Shown here: piece by piece, positions 62,976 through 64,000 of the stretch
Layout of the letters: each line of letters opens with the position of its first letter
How positions within the stretch are numbered: position 1 is the first letter of the stretch
Assembly: GCA_965285935.1 (NCBI GenBank)
Contig: OZ260666.1
Coordinates: forward strand, 67,828,001 to 67,892,000
Direction of reading: 5' to 3'
Source of the DNA: Ophelia neglecta
Lineage: Eukaryota
DNA: 64,000 nt
Notes under the pieces: generated by a model
Database searches by the model: none
What the model saw: the letters and a program-made list of their open reading frames with translations, nothing else
Told to the model about the DNA's origin: nothing
Made by a program: the position numbers and the translations under genes

Positions 62976-64000
62976 TTAGGTTTTATTTTACGGACAGTTA
63001 AAGCATGTATTTTCGCCTATTTTGTAACTACCAGAAAAGTCCTACTTCGCAAAGAAACTTTCTGCTCAGCTCCGAAATTTCATGTCTCACGTAAGAGGTG
63101 AAATATTATGCGCTGAGGTGTTTTCATTCGAAATAGTTTTGTTTTCGGTTTATTTTCAGTAACGAATGGTAACTGGGCGTCTGCCTCTTACAGGAGAGAC
63201 AGCTATGGCACTCTCTCAAAGGAAAGGCCGATCTCCTTTCTCAAACCCTACACCAATCTGTGCAGCTAACCGGAGTTTTATGAAGTGATTACTTCCAAGC
63301 CCGGAGTAATCATTAACACAAGTACACTGCTTACCTTTTACTTTCGCAACAAAAACTTAAATGAATTTTGTCAGTTTGCCAACTTTCGACAGCTGAGTTC
63401 AACATATACCGATCATTATACAGTACTATCTAAAAGAATCGTGGCAAAATGTCAGAAGTGTTTTCTTTCACTTGGTATACGTTGCATAATGCTTAATAAC
63501 AAGAGTCCTTCATTATTTACCTGATGTGGATGCATACTGCGAATTACCGGTAACATAAAGTCGGGGTCCTCTTTCCTTGGAGAATGTGGGTTTCTTGGTT
63601 GGCGGGGGGGGGGGGGGGCGAGACCACCCATCTGACGCTCATCCCGTACCCCAAAGACATGTTTTGGAGCCAGAAAGGGAATATCCCTCCGCCTGCCAAG
63701 AAAGTCCCCGCCCCCAGTAGATCCGCCTGCTTCTTTTGTAAGTTGAAGTCCGTTTTACACGAGGCCCCGGCGGCCTGATTAGATAATACAGGCGCTGGTC
63801 GCTCCGATGAAAACACTTCTATCAATACACATGAATGTTCGTGCGTAAATGAAAAAAAGATACGAACTTGATACCGTTTGCAGCACGTCAACACTAATAA
63901 GTAGAGCGATAACCGTATACTTTTCCAGGCTTCAATTACATGCACTTGAATAGGGTAAAGACGGGCCATAACACGTATATGACAAGGGTAAAGTCAGGTA

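Noticed and set aside
54550-64000. Search for the GTPase G1 (GxxxxGK[ST]) exon; candidates near 57815-57890, 59940 and 61620
   Set aside because: None gives a P-loop with a phase-1 donor; the exon is probably beyond the window or too divergent to see.

Overview
AT-rich animal genomic DNA with spliceosomal introns; a lophotrochozoan invertebrate is likely, but that is inference. The first 39 kb hold a head-to-tail, minus-strand array of paralogous type-I membrane protein genes with the plan signal peptide - [C-type lectin domain] - Ser/Thr mucin stalk - two thrombospondin type-1 repeats (TSR) - conserved DxR-x-[ST]A-V/I transmembrane module - short basic tail. Four genes are complete (A-D), one runs off the left edge, and two decayed remnants lie between them. 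Stalk length varies from about 115 to about 2810 aa, and two of the complete genes lack the lectin head. Two near full-length non-LTR retrotransposons are present: a young Tx1/L1-clade element (15-bp TSD, poly-A, intact ORF2, broken ORF1) and an L2/CR1-group (Crack-like) element preceded by a 56-aa micro-ORF. Next come a single-coding-exon cGAS-like (Mab21/cGLR) nucleotidyltransferase with an intact catalytic triad and, convergent with it, the 3' exons of an atypical Ras-family GTPase with degenerate G2/G3 motifs. The last 13 kb appear intronic and repeat-rich (MITEs, minisatellites, an 88-bp perfect palindrome with an 8-bp TSD). Exon models were read by eye from splice signals and frame continuity; no database searches were run.
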